DNA of 64,000 bases, taken from positions 2,144,001 to 2,208,000 of the forward strand of contig CBDFJR010000002.1 in NCBI GenBank assembly GCA_965248535.1, written 5' to 3'. The position numbers were made by a program, and so were the translations under genes. The notes beneath the pieces are model-generated. The model made no database searches, was not told where the DNA came from, and saw only the letters and a program-made list of their open reading frames with translations. Positions 28,623 to 38,992 of this stretch are shown here, one piece after another; the stretch's first letter is position 1; the number at the start of each line of letters is the position of its first letter. The DNA comes from Phormidesmis sp. (lineage in GTDB: Bacteria > Cyanobacteriota > Cyanobacteriia > Leptolyngbyales > Leptolyngbyaceae).

Positions 28623-29795
28623 TTACAGCTTGATCACGACTTTGATGCAGTCTTCTTTCTTATGCTTAAAGGTCTCGTAGGCCTTGGGCGCATCGTCGAT
28701 CGCGATCCGGTGCGTGATAATAAACGAGGGATCAATGTCTCCATTTTGAATGTGCTTCATCAAAGGGTCAAGATACCGATGGACGTGAGTTTGACCCATC
28801 TTCAGCGTTAGCCCTTTGCTAAAAGCAGCCCCAAACGGAATCTTATCTAAGATGCCTCCATATACTCCTGGGATTGAAACCGTGCCACCTTTGCCGCAGG
28901 CAACCAGGGCTTGTCTGAGGGCAGTCGGACGATCGGTTTCTAAACGAACGGCTTGCATGGCTTTGTCATAGAGAAAATCGGGGCCAGTGCCGTGAGCCTC
29001 CATTCCAACAGCATCAATGCAAGAATCAGGGCCACGGCCGCCAGTCATTTCTTTGAGAGCTTCTCCGGCATCCACTTCTTCGTAGTTGATCACCTCGGTT
29101 GCGCCCGCTTGCTCTTTGGCCATTTTTAGGCGCTCAGGAAAGCGATCGATCGCGATCACCCGTTCGGCTCCCAGCAAGAAGGCACTGCGAATAGCAAACT
29201 GTCCTACGGGGCCGCATCCCCAGATTGCAACCGTGTCTCCGGGTTTGATATTGCAGTTTTCTGCTGCCATGTAGCCCGTGGGAAAAATATCCGACAGAAA
29301 CAATACCTGATCGTCAGTCAACCCTTGCGGAACTTTGTATAAACCCACATCGGCAAAAGGAACGCGGGCATATTCTGCCTGACCGCCCGCATAACCGCCA
29401 AAAATGTGAGAATAGCCAAACAATCCAGCGGCTGAGTGACCATATAACGCTTCTGCCATAAATGCATTGGGGTTAGAGTTATCGCAGAGTGACCACTGAG
29501 CCGTTTTGCAGCTATAACAGTTTCCACATGAGATCGTGAATGGCACGACCACACGATCGCCAATGCTGAGATTTTTGACACCCGCACCGAGTTCGACAAT
29601 TTCGCCCATAAACTCGTGTCCTAAAATGTCGCCTGACTCCATGCTGGGAATGAATCCGTCATAAAGGTGCAGATCAGAGCCACAGATCGCGGTCGAGGTG
29701 ATTTTAACGATCGCATCACGAGGGTTGAGAATTTTGGGATCAGGAACGGTTTCTACTCGAACATCTTTTGCGCCGCGCCAGCAAACTGCCTTCAT
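28623..29795 (-). CDS. zinc-dependent alcohol dehydrogenase (formaldehyde dehydrogenase-like)
   Basis: [40 protein letters not shown]. Confidence 0.92.
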   Translation of the reverse strand: MKAVCWRGAKDVRVETVPDPKILNPRDAIVKITSTAICGSDLHLYDGFIPSMESGDILGHEFMGEIVELGAGVKNLSIGDRVVVPFTISCGNCYSCKTAQWSLCDNSNPNAFMAEALYGHSAAGLFGYSHIFGGYAGGQAEYARVPFADVGLYKVPQGLTDDQVLFLSDIFPTGYMAAENCNIKPGDTVAIWGCGPVGQFAIRSAFLLGAERVIAIDRFPERLKMAKEQAGATEVINYEEVDAGEALKEMTGGRGPDSCIDAVGMEAHGTGPDFLYDKAMQAVRLETDRPTALRQALVACGKGGTVSIPGVYGGILDKIPFGAAFSKGLTLKMGQTHVHRYLDPLMKHIQNGDIDPSFIITHRIAIDDAPKAYETFKHKKEDCIKVVIKL

Positions 29796-29882
29796 CTGAG
29801 GGTGCTCCTAAATAAATAAAATGAGTTGGGTTATGGTCGATCGAGAGCGACTAGTGGAATATGATTGCTTCAGCGATTGAAG

Positions 29883-30590
29883 CTATTGACCTCGCGATTG
29901 CCCTTCGGTGGTGGCGATTTCGCCTGTCTCCATCAGTTGCTTAAAGCGCCGCAGTTCATCCCCGATTTGCTGTTCGGGTTCTTTGCCAAAGAGCTTGGCG
30001 ATCGCGGCCGTCAACATTCCCCCTGGCACGTTATATTCCATCACGACTTTGACTTCGGTGCCCCGATCGCCAGGAGCAGGTTGAAATCGAACAAAGCCGG
30101 AGTTATCGACTTCTGCGCCTTCCTCAGATGCCCAAGCAATTAGCTGATTAGGCTGATCGTTGATAATGTCGGCATCCCACTCGATCGTTTGACCTAGCGG
30201 AGCGTTGGCGACCCAGTGCGATCGCCGCAGATCGATCACTTGCACCGATTTGACGTGTTTCATAAACGTCGGCAGATTTTCAAAGTTATGCCAATAGTTG
30301 TAGAGATCTTCAGCCGATCGATTGATGGTTACAGTCTTCTCAACCTTGATCGCTTTGTTGATACCTGTTGCGTCAGTGACTTTTTCTTGAAGGCTTTTGT
30401 CTGCGGTTGCGCCATGATAGGCAAGACTTCCGCCTGCTATTGCCGTCAGGATTCCTCTCAGCGATCGCTGTTGCAATCCCATTAGCACCATCGCGCTACC
30501 ACCGACGATCGAGGCCCAGCGTTCTTGATCAGAAATGGTGGCATCGCTTTGAGCCTGACTTTGACTCAGCTTGTCTGATTCGACTTCCAT
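29883..30590 (-). CDS. SRPBCC/polyketide cyclase family protein with N-terminal membrane segment
   Basis: VEKTVTINR, LYNYWHNFENLPTFMKH, SHWVANAP, GTEVKV, LRRFKQLMETGEIAT. Confidence 0.88.
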   Translation of the reverse strand: MEVESDKLSQSQAQSDATISDQERWASIVGGSAMVLMGLQQRSLRGILTAIAGGSLAYHGATADKSLQEKVTDATGINKAIKVEKTVTINRSAEDLYNYWHNFENLPTFMKHVKSVQVIDLRRSHWVANAPLGQTIEWDADIINDQPNQLIAWASEEGAEVDNSGFVRFQPAPGDRGTEVKVVMEYNVPGGMLTAAIAKLFGKEPEQQIGDELRRFKQLMETGEIATTEGQSRGQ

Positions 30591-30788
30591 GATAGTTTGG
30601 CTGTAAATGTGGGTTAAGCCTAGGTCTGGACTGCGATCGCTCTCCTCGTTCTGGGGAGATAAGCCTGTCTCTTCCTAGAGAAGGATCTCTGGCTCAAAAC
30701 TTAGGCGATCTACCTATTTGAAGATTTTTGTGAATTTTGAAATTCGTTAACGTGCAGGGGTGAACGGATAGTTTTGGAGCGATGAGTG

Positions 30789-31302
30789 ATGTCTGATGCA
30801 GAATATGCCGAAGCTAGCCAAACCGATCGTGATGATCTAGAGTCAGCAGTTCACGATCTGGGCGGAGACATTGAGGCGTTAGAAGAGCCAGAAGGAGCCT
30901 GAAGAAATTGCTGATGACGACGTGCCGCAGGAGATAACGGAATCTTATGGGACAGGTGTTCATGAGGTTCCGGGCTTCAGCCTCGGGGGGCGGACAATGG
31001 GCGATCGTAGGCACGAGTTCAACGAGGCGACCCCTGAATTAACGGGCGGCGACATCGATGCCAACTATGAGCAAGCCGAAGCGGATGGCGACGAATCGGT
31101 CGGCGGCACCGTCAACACTCCTGATATGGATATTGTGGATGACTTAGGAAAAGCAGTCGGTTTAGAGATGAACGACTTTAACTATCTGCACACGAATGAG
31201 ATTTTAGAACAACGCGATGACAAACGCTGGGAGCTAGAACCAAAGTCATCCGACGATTACGATGAACGAAAAGACTTAGAAGCGGAAGAAGAAATCTATT
31301 AA
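30789..31302 (+). pseudogene. acidic DUF6335-like protein, apparently frameshifted near 30894
   Basis: ATG 30789 reads MSDAEYAEASQTDRDDLE...EEPEGA* (stop 30900-30902); the +1 frame continues EPEEIADDDVPQE into ORF 30922-31302 (LTGGDIDA, GDESVGG, TPDMDIVDDLGKAVG). Confidence 0.6.
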
Positions 31303-31348
31303 GATTGCTTTTTGCAACTAGTAATCACGCTAAAACGAAGAACTGAAA

Positions 31349-32356
31349 ATGAATTTGAAACCTATTGATCAACAAGTCGTTGTAGTGGTTGGAGCATCCA
31401 GCGGAATCGGGAGAGACACGGCGCTAAAGTTTGCCCAAAAGGGCGCAAAGGTAGCGGTGTCTGCCCGCAGTCAAGAAGGATTAGCCACGCTAGTCGAAGA
31501 GATTTCTGCTAGGGGGGGAGACGCGATCGCCATTCCGGCTGACGTGGCTGACTTTAATCAAGTGCAGGCGATCGCCGATAAAACCGTCGAGCACTTCGGA
31601 CGACTAGATACTTGGGTTCATCTTGCAGCCACTAGCGTGTTTGCCACCTTCGACACCGTGACTCCCGAAGAATTTAAGCGGGTCGTAGATGTGACTCTAA
31701 TGGGTCAGGTTTATGGTGCAATGGTAGCGTTGCCTTATCTCAAGCGCGAAGGACGGGGCGCATTGATCCACATCACCTCAATGGAGGGACGGCGATCGCT
31801 GCCTTATCAAAGCGCTTATTCTGCGTCTAAACATGGTGCGATCGGGTTCATTGACGCGATGCGACTCGAACTCAAGAAAGAGGGCTATCCAATTAGCGTC
31901 ACCAACATTATGCCTGGTGTGATCAACACTCCTTTCTACAACAAGGGCAAGACAAAACTGGGCGTAAAACCAACCGGAGTGCCGCCCTACTACAGCGCAA
32001 GTTTGGTTAGCGATGCTATTCTCTATGCAGCCGAACATCCCATTCGTGACTATATTGTTAGTGATGTGGGTCGCGTTTTAGATATTGCTCAAAGAATTTC
32101 ACCCGGACTTGTCGATACATTGCTATTAGCAATCGGGTTTCCATTGCAAAAAACCGATGAGCCAAAGTCTGAAGACGCTCCCAATAATCTGTATGAGCCA
32201 ATTCAAGGCTATGACAGAGTGAATGGCGATTTTGATCACCTAGAGATTCCCAGCATCACTGACCTACTGGATAAGGGCCCGTCCTTGGCGATCGGGGCGT
32301 TCACCGTCGCCGCCTTGGGATTTGCTGCCCTAATGGGCAGATTTAACGATCGCTAG
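31349..32356 (+). CDS. SDR family oxidoreductase
   Basis: GASSGIG, YSASK, NTPFY. Confidence 0.92.
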   Translation: MNLKPIDQQVVVVVGASSGIGRDTALKFAQKGAKVAVSARSQEGLATLVEEISARGGDAIAIPADVADFNQVQAIADKTVEHFGRLDTWVHLAATSVFATFDTVTPEEFKRVVDVTLMGQVYGAMVALPYLKREGRGALIHITSMEGRRSLPYQSAYSASKHGAIGFIDAMRLELKKEGYPISVTNIMPGVINTPFYNKGKTKLGVKPTGVPPYYSASLVSDAILYAAEHPIRDYIVSDVGRVLDIAQRISPGLVDTLLLAIGFPLQKTDEPKSEDAPNNLYEPIQGYDRVNGDFDHLEIPSITDLLDKGPSLAIGAFTVAALGFAALMGRFNDR

Positions 32357-33927
32357 CCAGGCCCAATTAAAAACTCTGGCAGTGCCCGATCGTGCCACTC
32401 TCCTTGCAGCCATTCCGACACAAACGGACGAATCAGAAACTTTACAGGTTCTCCGGCCTGCACATCGATTCTCAAAAATGAGTAAGGGCGGTGCTTGTAA
32501 GAGCCTCTGCCCTCACGCCCCACAAATAGCTGCGATTTAGCAACCAAAACGTCTTCTTTGCCGTCTAGCGACTCGGTTAACTCGGCTCCTTCTCCTCTTT
32601 GACGGCGCAAACTGTAGCCACTGCCGCCGCAGACAATCCAATTTGTGTGAGCATCACCATGCCCGGTGTCGGTCGATCGCAAATATTCTAAGCAGTGAGC
32701 ATGACCATTGAGAACCAGATCGACGATCGGGCGGCCTTTCGTCAAAACCCCGACGGCTTGAGCCACCTCATCTAAGACGTGTCGCAGTCTTCGCCGCACC
32801 GCCAGCGTCTGCGCTTGATGCCATTTAGTCGCCTCAGTCACATAGGGCGGATGGTGAAAAAACAGCACTCTGCCTCTTACCCCTGCTGTTTGCCAGGATT
32901 GAATTAAACGATCGCGCAGCCATTCCAACTGGGCAACGTCTGCGATCGCGCTTTCATCTACATTCAGTTGCTTATCGATGTCTCGCTGCATTTCCTCAAG
33001 TTGTTCTAACTTGACCCGAATATCATCCATCTGCTCGGCATCTTGAGGTTGATCAGGGTTGAGAGTTTCTGATTGCCCTAGCAACTGCTGCATCTCTCGC
33101 TCTAGGGCTGCATATTGGGCTTCTAAGGTTCGGCGATAGGCTCGTCCTTCCGAGGTTTTGGGCAACGGTGTCGGCCCGTTAAACGTGTTGGAATCCAAGG
33201 CAAAAAAATCAACGCCGCCACTGCGAAACGTGTAATAACGGTTGGGTAAGCGGGTGAATTTTCCAGGTTCATAGCGCAGACATCGCCCTGTGTCTGTCTC
33301 AGCCGTGTAGTGACGATCGAGGTGCTCTCCTAGCCCGCCGCGCATCTCAACCGATCGCAGCACATCGAGAAATGCCTGAGCATAAGCCCGGCCCTGAAAC
33401 GAACCGTGCCAGCCGATATCAAAATCCAGTTTCGATCGCAGCAATCGCCGAATCGGATAGGTTAGCTGCATGGCCAACCCATAGGCAAAGGGCAGATCGT
33501 AGTAGTCATGGTTTCCTGGCACCGCCAAAAATGGCAGATTAAACACCATCTGATCATGGGAAATCTGGTTATAGCGCTCACCGCCGACGATGAATTCTCG
33601 ATAGGGCTTGATGAAATTTTTGAGATAAAACTCGCTAGAGCCAACCAGATAAATCACGTCGCCTGTGTGCAAGATAAAGCGAGAATCTTGGCGATGGTTG
33701 AGCATCTGCTGGGCAATCTGCCGTTGAGGGCTGTGACCTCGATGTTGCCCAGAGCCGCTATCGCCAATCACCAAAAACGAAAACTCTGGGGTGTCTGGTT
33801 GCCCATCGGCTAAGACGAGCCGAGTTTGATCAATGCCCCGATCGAGGATTGCGCTCGATCGCCACCGCACCCGCTCCTCCATTTTTTGAATCTTGACCGC
33901 GATCGTAGGATCAGACACAAATTGCAT
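32353..33927 (-). CDS. calcineurin-like metallophosphoesterase with coiled-coil insert
   Basis: IGDSG, HTGDVIY, PGNHDY, FFHHPPY, LNGHAHC. Confidence 0.88.
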   Translation of the reverse strand: MQFVSDPTIAVKIQKMEERVRWRSSAILDRGIDQTRLVLADGQPDTPEFSFLVIGDSGSGQHRGHSPQRQIAQQMLNHRQDSRFILHTGDVIYLVGSSEFYLKNFIKPYREFIVGGERYNQISHDQMVFNLPFLAVPGNHDYYDLPFAYGLAMQLTYPIRRLLRSKLDFDIGWHGSFQGRAYAQAFLDVLRSVEMRGGLGEHLDRHYTAETDTGRCLRYEPGKFTRLPNRYYTFRSGGVDFFALDSNTFNGPTPLPKTSEGRAYRRTLEAQYAALEREMQQLLGQSETLNPDQPQDAEQMDDIRVKLEQLEEMQRDIDKQLNVDESAIADVAQLEWLRDRLIQSWQTAGVRGRVLFFHHPPYVTEATKWHQAQTLAVRRRLRHVLDEVAQAVGVLTKGRPIVDLVLNGHAHCLEYLRSTDTGHGDAHTNWIVCGGSGYSLRRQRGEGAELTESLDGKEDVLVAKSQLFVGREGRGSYKHRPYSFLRIDVQAGEPVKFLIRPFVSEWLQGEWHDRALPEFLIGPG

Positions 33928-34297
33928 CGCTTCTTAACCCTGTATAAATTTCTATGGGCGATCGTAGTCGGACATCTGCCTCTATGGCCCTCTACTGTGG
34001 GCTAAACCTCGCACAACCTACCAGCAAAATTCTAGTGACCCGACTTGAAAGATTAAAGATTTAATAAATTCATTCCGTATATCAGGCTACATAAAAATGA
34101 TGAAGTGTTCTAGAAGTCAAGCCAGGACTCCGTTAAAAGTTTTATCTAACCCATAGATTAAGAATTGTACTAGGGTATACTGCTGAGGTCTCCATAAAAA
34201 TGTGTTTAGAGAAATCTAGACCTTCTTTAAACAGCCCCAGTGGGGTCTAAAGCTTTATGGGTCTTCTCAATCTAACGGTGTGAATACGGAAGTGATC

Positions 34298-36055
34298 ATG
34301 ATCAATAACTTAAAGTCGCTCTTTGCGACCCCAGCACTTTTGAGTGCTACTTTAACCGTGTCTGCGGCGATCGTAACGGCTGGCATCGCCAGTGCTGCTG
34401 ACGCACCCAAATCTCTCCAGACCGCTCAAGCTACCCCTGCTTCGACCAGCGTTGCCTCTCTCGATCAAGTCAAGGCTTATGGAAGCGAAGGTGCTAGCGC
34501 CGACGTTGGCCAAGTCACCTCGGTTTCTCAGCTTTCTGACGTGCGTCCAACTGACTGGGCGTTTCAAGCCCTGCAATCTCTCGTTGAGCGCTATGGCTGC
34601 ATCGCGGGCTACCCTGACAAAACCTATCGCGGCAACCGGGCCCTGACTCGCTATGAGTTTGCGGCTGGTTTGAATGCCTGCCTTGATCGGGTCAATGAGT
34701 TGATTGCGGCGGCAACGGCTGACCTGGTTAAAAAAGAAGACCTGGCAACCCTGCAAAAGCTGCAAGAAGAATTTGCGGCTGAATTGGCTACCTTGCGGGG
34801 TCGTGTTGATGCCTTAGAAGCTCGCACGACTACCCTTGAAAAGCAGCAATTCTCCACCACCACCAAGCTCAGAGGAGAAGTGATCTTCTCGGTTTCGGGT
34901 GCTTTGGGCGATGCTAAAGCGATCGGGTCTGTTCAACAAAGAGCGATTGACGCACTCCCAGCAGGAGCCGTCAGAGACGCGGCAAATAACGCGGCTCGCA
35001 ACAATCGAGTTGATGAAAACACCACCTTTAGCGATCGGGTTCGTCTTAGCCTTGTCACTAGCTTCACAGGCAAAGACTCCCTCTTGACCCGTCTGCAAGC
35101 GCGCAACATCACTGCTTTTGCAGATGCTACGGGCACCAACATGGCGCGTCTGTCTTATGAAGGCAGCAGTCCTGCTGGCACGGCTGCTAACAACTCATTG
35201 GCTGTAGACAAACTCTACTATCGCTTCCCGATCGGGGCAGGCACCGTGACGGTTGACGCAGTTGGGGGCGAGTTCTACAACAACGTGCCTAACTTTAACC
35301 CTCTACTTGCCAGCGATGGGCAGGGTTCAATTTCACGCTTTGGTCGATTCAACCCAACCTATCGTCAAGGCAACAGCAACAGCGGCAGTGGCTCTGGTGC
35401 GACGTTGAACTATCCGTTTGGCAAAGCGCTCACAGTGTCTTTGGGCTACCTGGCTGACAACGCCTCTGACCCCACTTCTGGAAGAGGTCTGTTTAACGGA
35501 TCTAATGCTGCTCTGGCTCAAGTGGCTTTCAAACCCACCCCGGCTGTTGACTTGGGTCTGACCTATGTTCGTGGTTACGATCGTGGTGGCAACGTTGCCG
35601 TCACCAGCGGCACGGGTAGCGCTCTGGCAAACCAGCCTTTTGGTGCAGGTGTTGCAACTTCTTCTGATCAATTTAACGTAGAAGCCGCTATTCGCCTCAC
35701 TCCTGGACTGACGCTGGCAGGCTGGGGTGGCTACACCAAAGCTCACCTCGAAAGCAAGGTGGCCAGCGCCGATGCCGACATCTGGAACTGGGCCGTCACG
35801 CTGGCCTTCCCTGACTTGGGTAAGAAGGGCAACTTGGCTGGAATCGTGTTTGGGCAGCCTCCTAAAGTCACCAGCAACGATATCGCAGGCCGCGAAGACC
35901 GGAACACCTCGTTCCACCTCGAAGGTCTCTATCGCTATCAGTTGAGCAACAACATCTCGATTACGCCGGGCATCATTGTGATCTTTAACCCAGAGAACAA
36001 TAACGTCAACGATACCGTATACGTGGGCACCGTTCGGACGACCTTCACGTTTTAA
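34298..36055 (+). CDS. SLH-domain outer-membrane porin (Som/OprB-type)
   Basis: Signal peptide; QVTSVSQLSDVRPTDWAFQALQSLVERYGCIAGYPD; TRYEFAAGLNACLD; FSTTTKL; C-terminal RTTFTF. Confidence 0.93.
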   Translation: MINNLKSLFATPALLSATLTVSAAIVTAGIASAADAPKSLQTAQATPASTSVASLDQVKAYGSEGASADVGQVTSVSQLSDVRPTDWAFQALQSLVERYGCIAGYPDKTYRGNRALTRYEFAAGLNACLDRVNELIAAATADLVKKEDLATLQKLQEEFAAELATLRGRVDALEARTTTLEKQQFSTTTKLRGEVIFSVSGALGDAKAIGSVQQRAIDALPAGAVRDAANNAARNNRVDENTTFSDRVRLSLVTSFTGKDSLLTRLQARNITAFADATGTNMARLSYEGSSPAGTAANNSLAVDKLYYRFPIGAGTVTVDAVGGEFYNNVPNFNPLLASDGQGSISRFGRFNPTYRQGNSNSGSGSGATLNYPFGKALTVSLGYLADNASDPTSGRGLFNGSNAALAQVAFKPTPAVDLGLTYVRGYDRGGNVAVTSGTGSALANQPFGAGVATSSDQFNVEAAIRLTPGLTLAGWGGYTKAHLESKVASADADIWNWAVTLAFPDLGKKGNLAGIVFGQPPKVTSNDIAGREDRNTSFHLEGLYRYQLSNNISITPGIIVIFNPENNNVNDTVYVGTVRTTFTF

Positions 36056-36084
36056 GCCCTTGAGTTAAATCAAGGTTTAAGTCT

Positions 36085-36111
36085 AAGCCCTGCCTCGTGC
36101 GGGGCTTTTTT
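36085..36111 (+). terminator. rho-independent terminator of the porin gene
   Basis: AAGCCCTGC-CTCGT-GCGGGGCTT stem followed by a T-run. Confidence 0.8.
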
Positions 36112-36200
36112 GGGGTTTGCAAATCTACTAAACCCCAGTGGAAAACCGGGGTATACTTAAAAAGTTGGTCTTTCCAACGGAACCGCTCTCCTACCCTGTG

Positions 36201-36656
36201 ATGTCATCCGTGGAACTTTCTTGCAAGAGCGAGTATGCCCTTCTAGCCTTGATAGAATTGGCGGCTCATTATGATACGGGCGAACCTCTGCAAATTCGGC
36301 AGATTTCAGCCCAACAAAATATTCCCGATCGCTACCTTGAACAACTGCTGGCAACCCTCAGACGCGGCGGCATCATTCGCTCTCAGCGAGGGGCAAAAGG
36401 CGGCTATACCCTGGCTCGTGAACCCTGGAAAATCAACATCTTAGACGTGATCATTTGTCTAGACGGGTTAGAAACCCAGCCTAAAGAGCCAGATAACGAC
36501 CCTCGACATGATAAAACGATCGAAGGGGCCGTTATTCTTGAAATGTGGCAAGAAGCCCATCATGCCGCCAACGCAATTCTGCAAAAATATACGCTGCAAG
36601 ATCTGCGCGATCGCCGCGATTCTAGACAGCAACTCGATTTTATGTATTACATCTAA
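36201..36656 (+). CDS. Rrf2 family transcriptional regulator (CymR-like)
   Basis: SEYALLALIELA, YLEQLLATLRRGGIIRSQRGAKGGYTLAR; directly upstream of cysK; start 36201 or 36210. Confidence 0.88.
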   Translation: MSSVELSCKSEYALLALIELAAHYDTGEPLQIRQISAQQNIPDRYLEQLLATLRRGGIIRSQRGAKGGYTLAREPWKINILDVIICLDGLETQPKEPDNDPRHDKTIEGAVILEMWQEAHHAANAILQKYTLQDLRDRRDSRQQLDFMYYI

Positions 36657-36668
36657 CTCCTTCTCGCC

Positions 36669-37628
36669 ATGCGTATTGCCCAAAACATTACTGAACTGAT
36701 TGGTCGCACTCCCCTCGTGCAGCTAAACCGGATTCCTCAAGCCGATGGCTGCGTTGCCCAAATTGTCGTCAAGCTAGAGGGCATGAATCCGTCTGCCTCA
36801 GTCAAAGACCGCATTGGCATCAGCATGATCAGCGCCGCCGAACGCGAGGGATTGATCCAACCCGGCAAAACGGTTTTGGTAGAGCCAACCTCAGGCAATA
36901 CGGGCATTGCTCTGGCGATGGCGGCGGCCGCTAAAGGCTATCGCTTGGTCTTGACCATGCCTGAAACCATGAGTTCTGAGCGGCGGGCGATGCTGCGGGC
37001 CTATGGGGCCGAGCTAGAGCTAACGCCGGGCATTGAGGGCATGGCGGGCTGCATTCAACGAGCGCAAAAAATCGTAGACTCAACGCCTCACGCCTATATG
37101 CTGCAACAGTTTCGCAACCCAGCTAACCCACAGGTGCATCGCGAAACCACTGCTGAAGAAATCTGGCAAGACACGGATGGGCAGGTGGATTTTGTGGTCG
37201 CGGGCATTGGCACGGGCGGCACGATCACGGGCGTGGCAGAGGTGCTAAAGCAGCGCAAGCCCTCGTTTCAAGCGATCGCGGTCGAGCCTACTACTAGCTC
37301 AGTTTTGTCGGGGGGTCGTCCGGGTGCTCACAAGATTCAAGGCATTGGAGCGGGCTTTATTCCTCCAGTCTTGAACGTGAGCTTGATTGACGAAGTGATT
37401 GCTGTGAGCGATGACGAAGCGATCGCTTATGGTCGTCGTCTGGCCCGTGAAGAAGGATTGCTCTCTGGCATCTCTAGCGGGGCGGCGCTGAAGGCAGCGA
37501 TCGTGGTGGGCAAGCGTCTCGAAAATGCCGGAAAGCTGATCGTGATGATTCAGCCCAGCTTTGGCGAGCGCTATCTCAGCACGGCCCTATTCCAAGATCC
37601 AGAACTGACTCTATCGAGAGAAGGTTAA
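36669..37628 (+). CDS. cysK: cysteine synthase A
   Basis: [49 protein letters not shown]. Confidence 0.96.
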   Translation: MRIAQNITELIGRTPLVQLNRIPQADGCVAQIVVKLEGMNPSASVKDRIGISMISAAEREGLIQPGKTVLVEPTSGNTGIALAMAAAAKGYRLVLTMPETMSSERRAMLRAYGAELELTPGIEGMAGCIQRAQKIVDSTPHAYMLQQFRNPANPQVHRETTAEEIWQDTDGQVDFVVAGIGTGGTITGVAEVLKQRKPSFQAIAVEPTTSSVLSGGRPGAHKIQGIGAGFIPPVLNVSLIDEVIAVSDDEAIAYGRRLAREEGLLSGISSGAALKAAIVVGKRLENAGKLIVMIQPSFGERYLSTALFQDPELTLSREG

Positions 37629-37706
37629 AGAAGTCATGCAGGCTAAAGGGGAAATTTCTGGCTTTTTGCCCTTCACCGTTGACCCTCAGCCTTTTAAAAT
37701 GGCAAT

Positions 37707-38432
37707 ATGCCCCATTCTTCTAGCTACTACCAAACTTTAGACGTTGAACCCACCGCAACCCAGGCAGACATCAAGAAAGCCTATCGGCGGATGGCCAAGC
37801 TATTTCACCCCGATGTCAATCAAGACGCAGCCAATCACGACAAAATCACCCGCATCAACCAGGCTTATGAAGTGTTGGGCGATCCCCAAAGTCGCCGCTC
37901 TTATGATCATCAGCTTCAATATACGCTAGACCTAGAATCAGAGGGTGTGGCGGGCGAGAGCGCTAGCGATCGCCAAAAGCGCACCGCCGCCGCCCAAGAA
38001 CTCTATCGTCAACAGCGCCAGTCTGAGCAAGACGTTGATAGTCAACTCAAGCTGTGGCTGAATCGCGTTTATACGCCGATCAATCGGCAGCTAAATTTGA
38101 TCTTGCGGCCCTTTAAGGCTCAGATGAAAGAGCTTTCGGCTGACCCGTTTGATGATCAGTTGATGGAGGCGTTTCAGGCTTACATCGAAGATTGTCACAA
38201 GGCTTTGAGCAAAGCTCAGACGGTTTTGCGGTCTTTGCCTAATCCGGCGATCGCGGCCCGGGCCGCAGCTAATCTTTATCATTGCCTCAATCAAGTTTCT
38301 GATGGCATTGAGGAACTAGAATATTTCACGAATAATTACGACGATCGTCATCTCCATACCGGGCAAGAGCTATTTAGAATCGCTGAACGACTGCGGCGAG
38401 ATGCTTTGGCAGATGTGCGAGAACTGCGGTAG
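37707..38432 (+). CDS. J-domain protein
   Basis: YYQTLDV, IKKAYRRMAKLFHPD, INQAYEVLGDP; cyanobacterial C-terminal domain (ELSADPFDD, HLHTGQELFRIA). Confidence 0.88.
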   Translation: MPHSSSYYQTLDVEPTATQADIKKAYRRMAKLFHPDVNQDAANHDKITRINQAYEVLGDPQSRRSYDHQLQYTLDLESEGVAGESASDRQKRTAAAQELYRQQRQSEQDVDSQLKLWLNRVYTPINRQLNLILRPFKAQMKELSADPFDDQLMEAFQAYIEDCHKALSKAQTVLRSLPNPAIAARAAANLYHCLNQVSDGIEELEYFTNNYDDRHLHTGQELFRIAERLRRDALADVRELR

Positions 38433-38472
38433 GACGGTGAGTTAAAGCCTGTCTGTTGCTTGCAGGGTCAAT

Positions 38473-38497
38473 GGGCACGGCGGTGCCATGCCCGTAC
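38473..38497. repeat. single REP-like palindrome
   Basis: GGGCACGGCGGTGCCATGCCCGTAC, same family as the copies at 8707 and 42630. Confidence 0.8.
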
Positions 38498-38710
38498 ATA
38501 AATTGGGATCTTGGTTAAATCGACTACCGAAAGTTTTGCTTAACCAGGTTAACATTTGGTTAACTAGTCGTTAAAATAGAAAAGTTTCTTGCGGGCTGCA
38601 AGCCGCTGCGATCAAACCGTGAAGACTTCTAAAACCAGAAGTTTTGCGAAATCTAATCACGCTGGAGAAGGGAACTCTACAAGAACGCTTTTCTGATAAG
38701 GAGATAGAAA

Positions 38711-38971
38711 ATGACCGATCAATTTGACTTTTTGCACCCTCGTAGCCGCTATCGGGGCGAGGTCAAGCCCGAAAACCTGGTTTTTAATGCGAACCTACAG
38801 GAGTTTTCTCAACGCATCACCTATATTTGTTGCTTAGAAACTGGCGGCAAACTGACTCCCGCAGAGTCTTATCGAGAGATTAAATCGCTGTGGAAACAAC
38901 TCAAGCGCAGCAAAAAGCAGTTAGGGATTGGCAGCAACCCCACTCAGGAAAGAGGCGATGGGGCGACCTAA
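38711..38971 (+). CDS. conserved small cyanobacterial hypothetical protein
   Basis: AAGGAG SD; FLHPRSRYRG...PENLVFNANLQEFSQR...LETGGKL motif. Confidence 0.8.
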   Translation: MTDQFDFLHPRSRYRGEVKPENLVFNANLQEFSQRITYICCLETGGKLTPAESYREIKSLWKQLKRSKKQLGIGSNPTQERGDGAT

Positions 38972-38992
38972 ACGGATCTCAGGCTATCGAAA

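Noticed and set aside
34167..34181. NtcA site GTA-N8-TAC upstream of the porin
   Set aside because: Only the minimal consensus matches, no correctly spaced -10 follows, and the overlapping TATACT is more simply a -10 box; left uncalled.
34352..35945. multiple overlapping ORFs inside the porin gene
   Set aside because: Antisense and alternative-frame by-products of strong codon bias.
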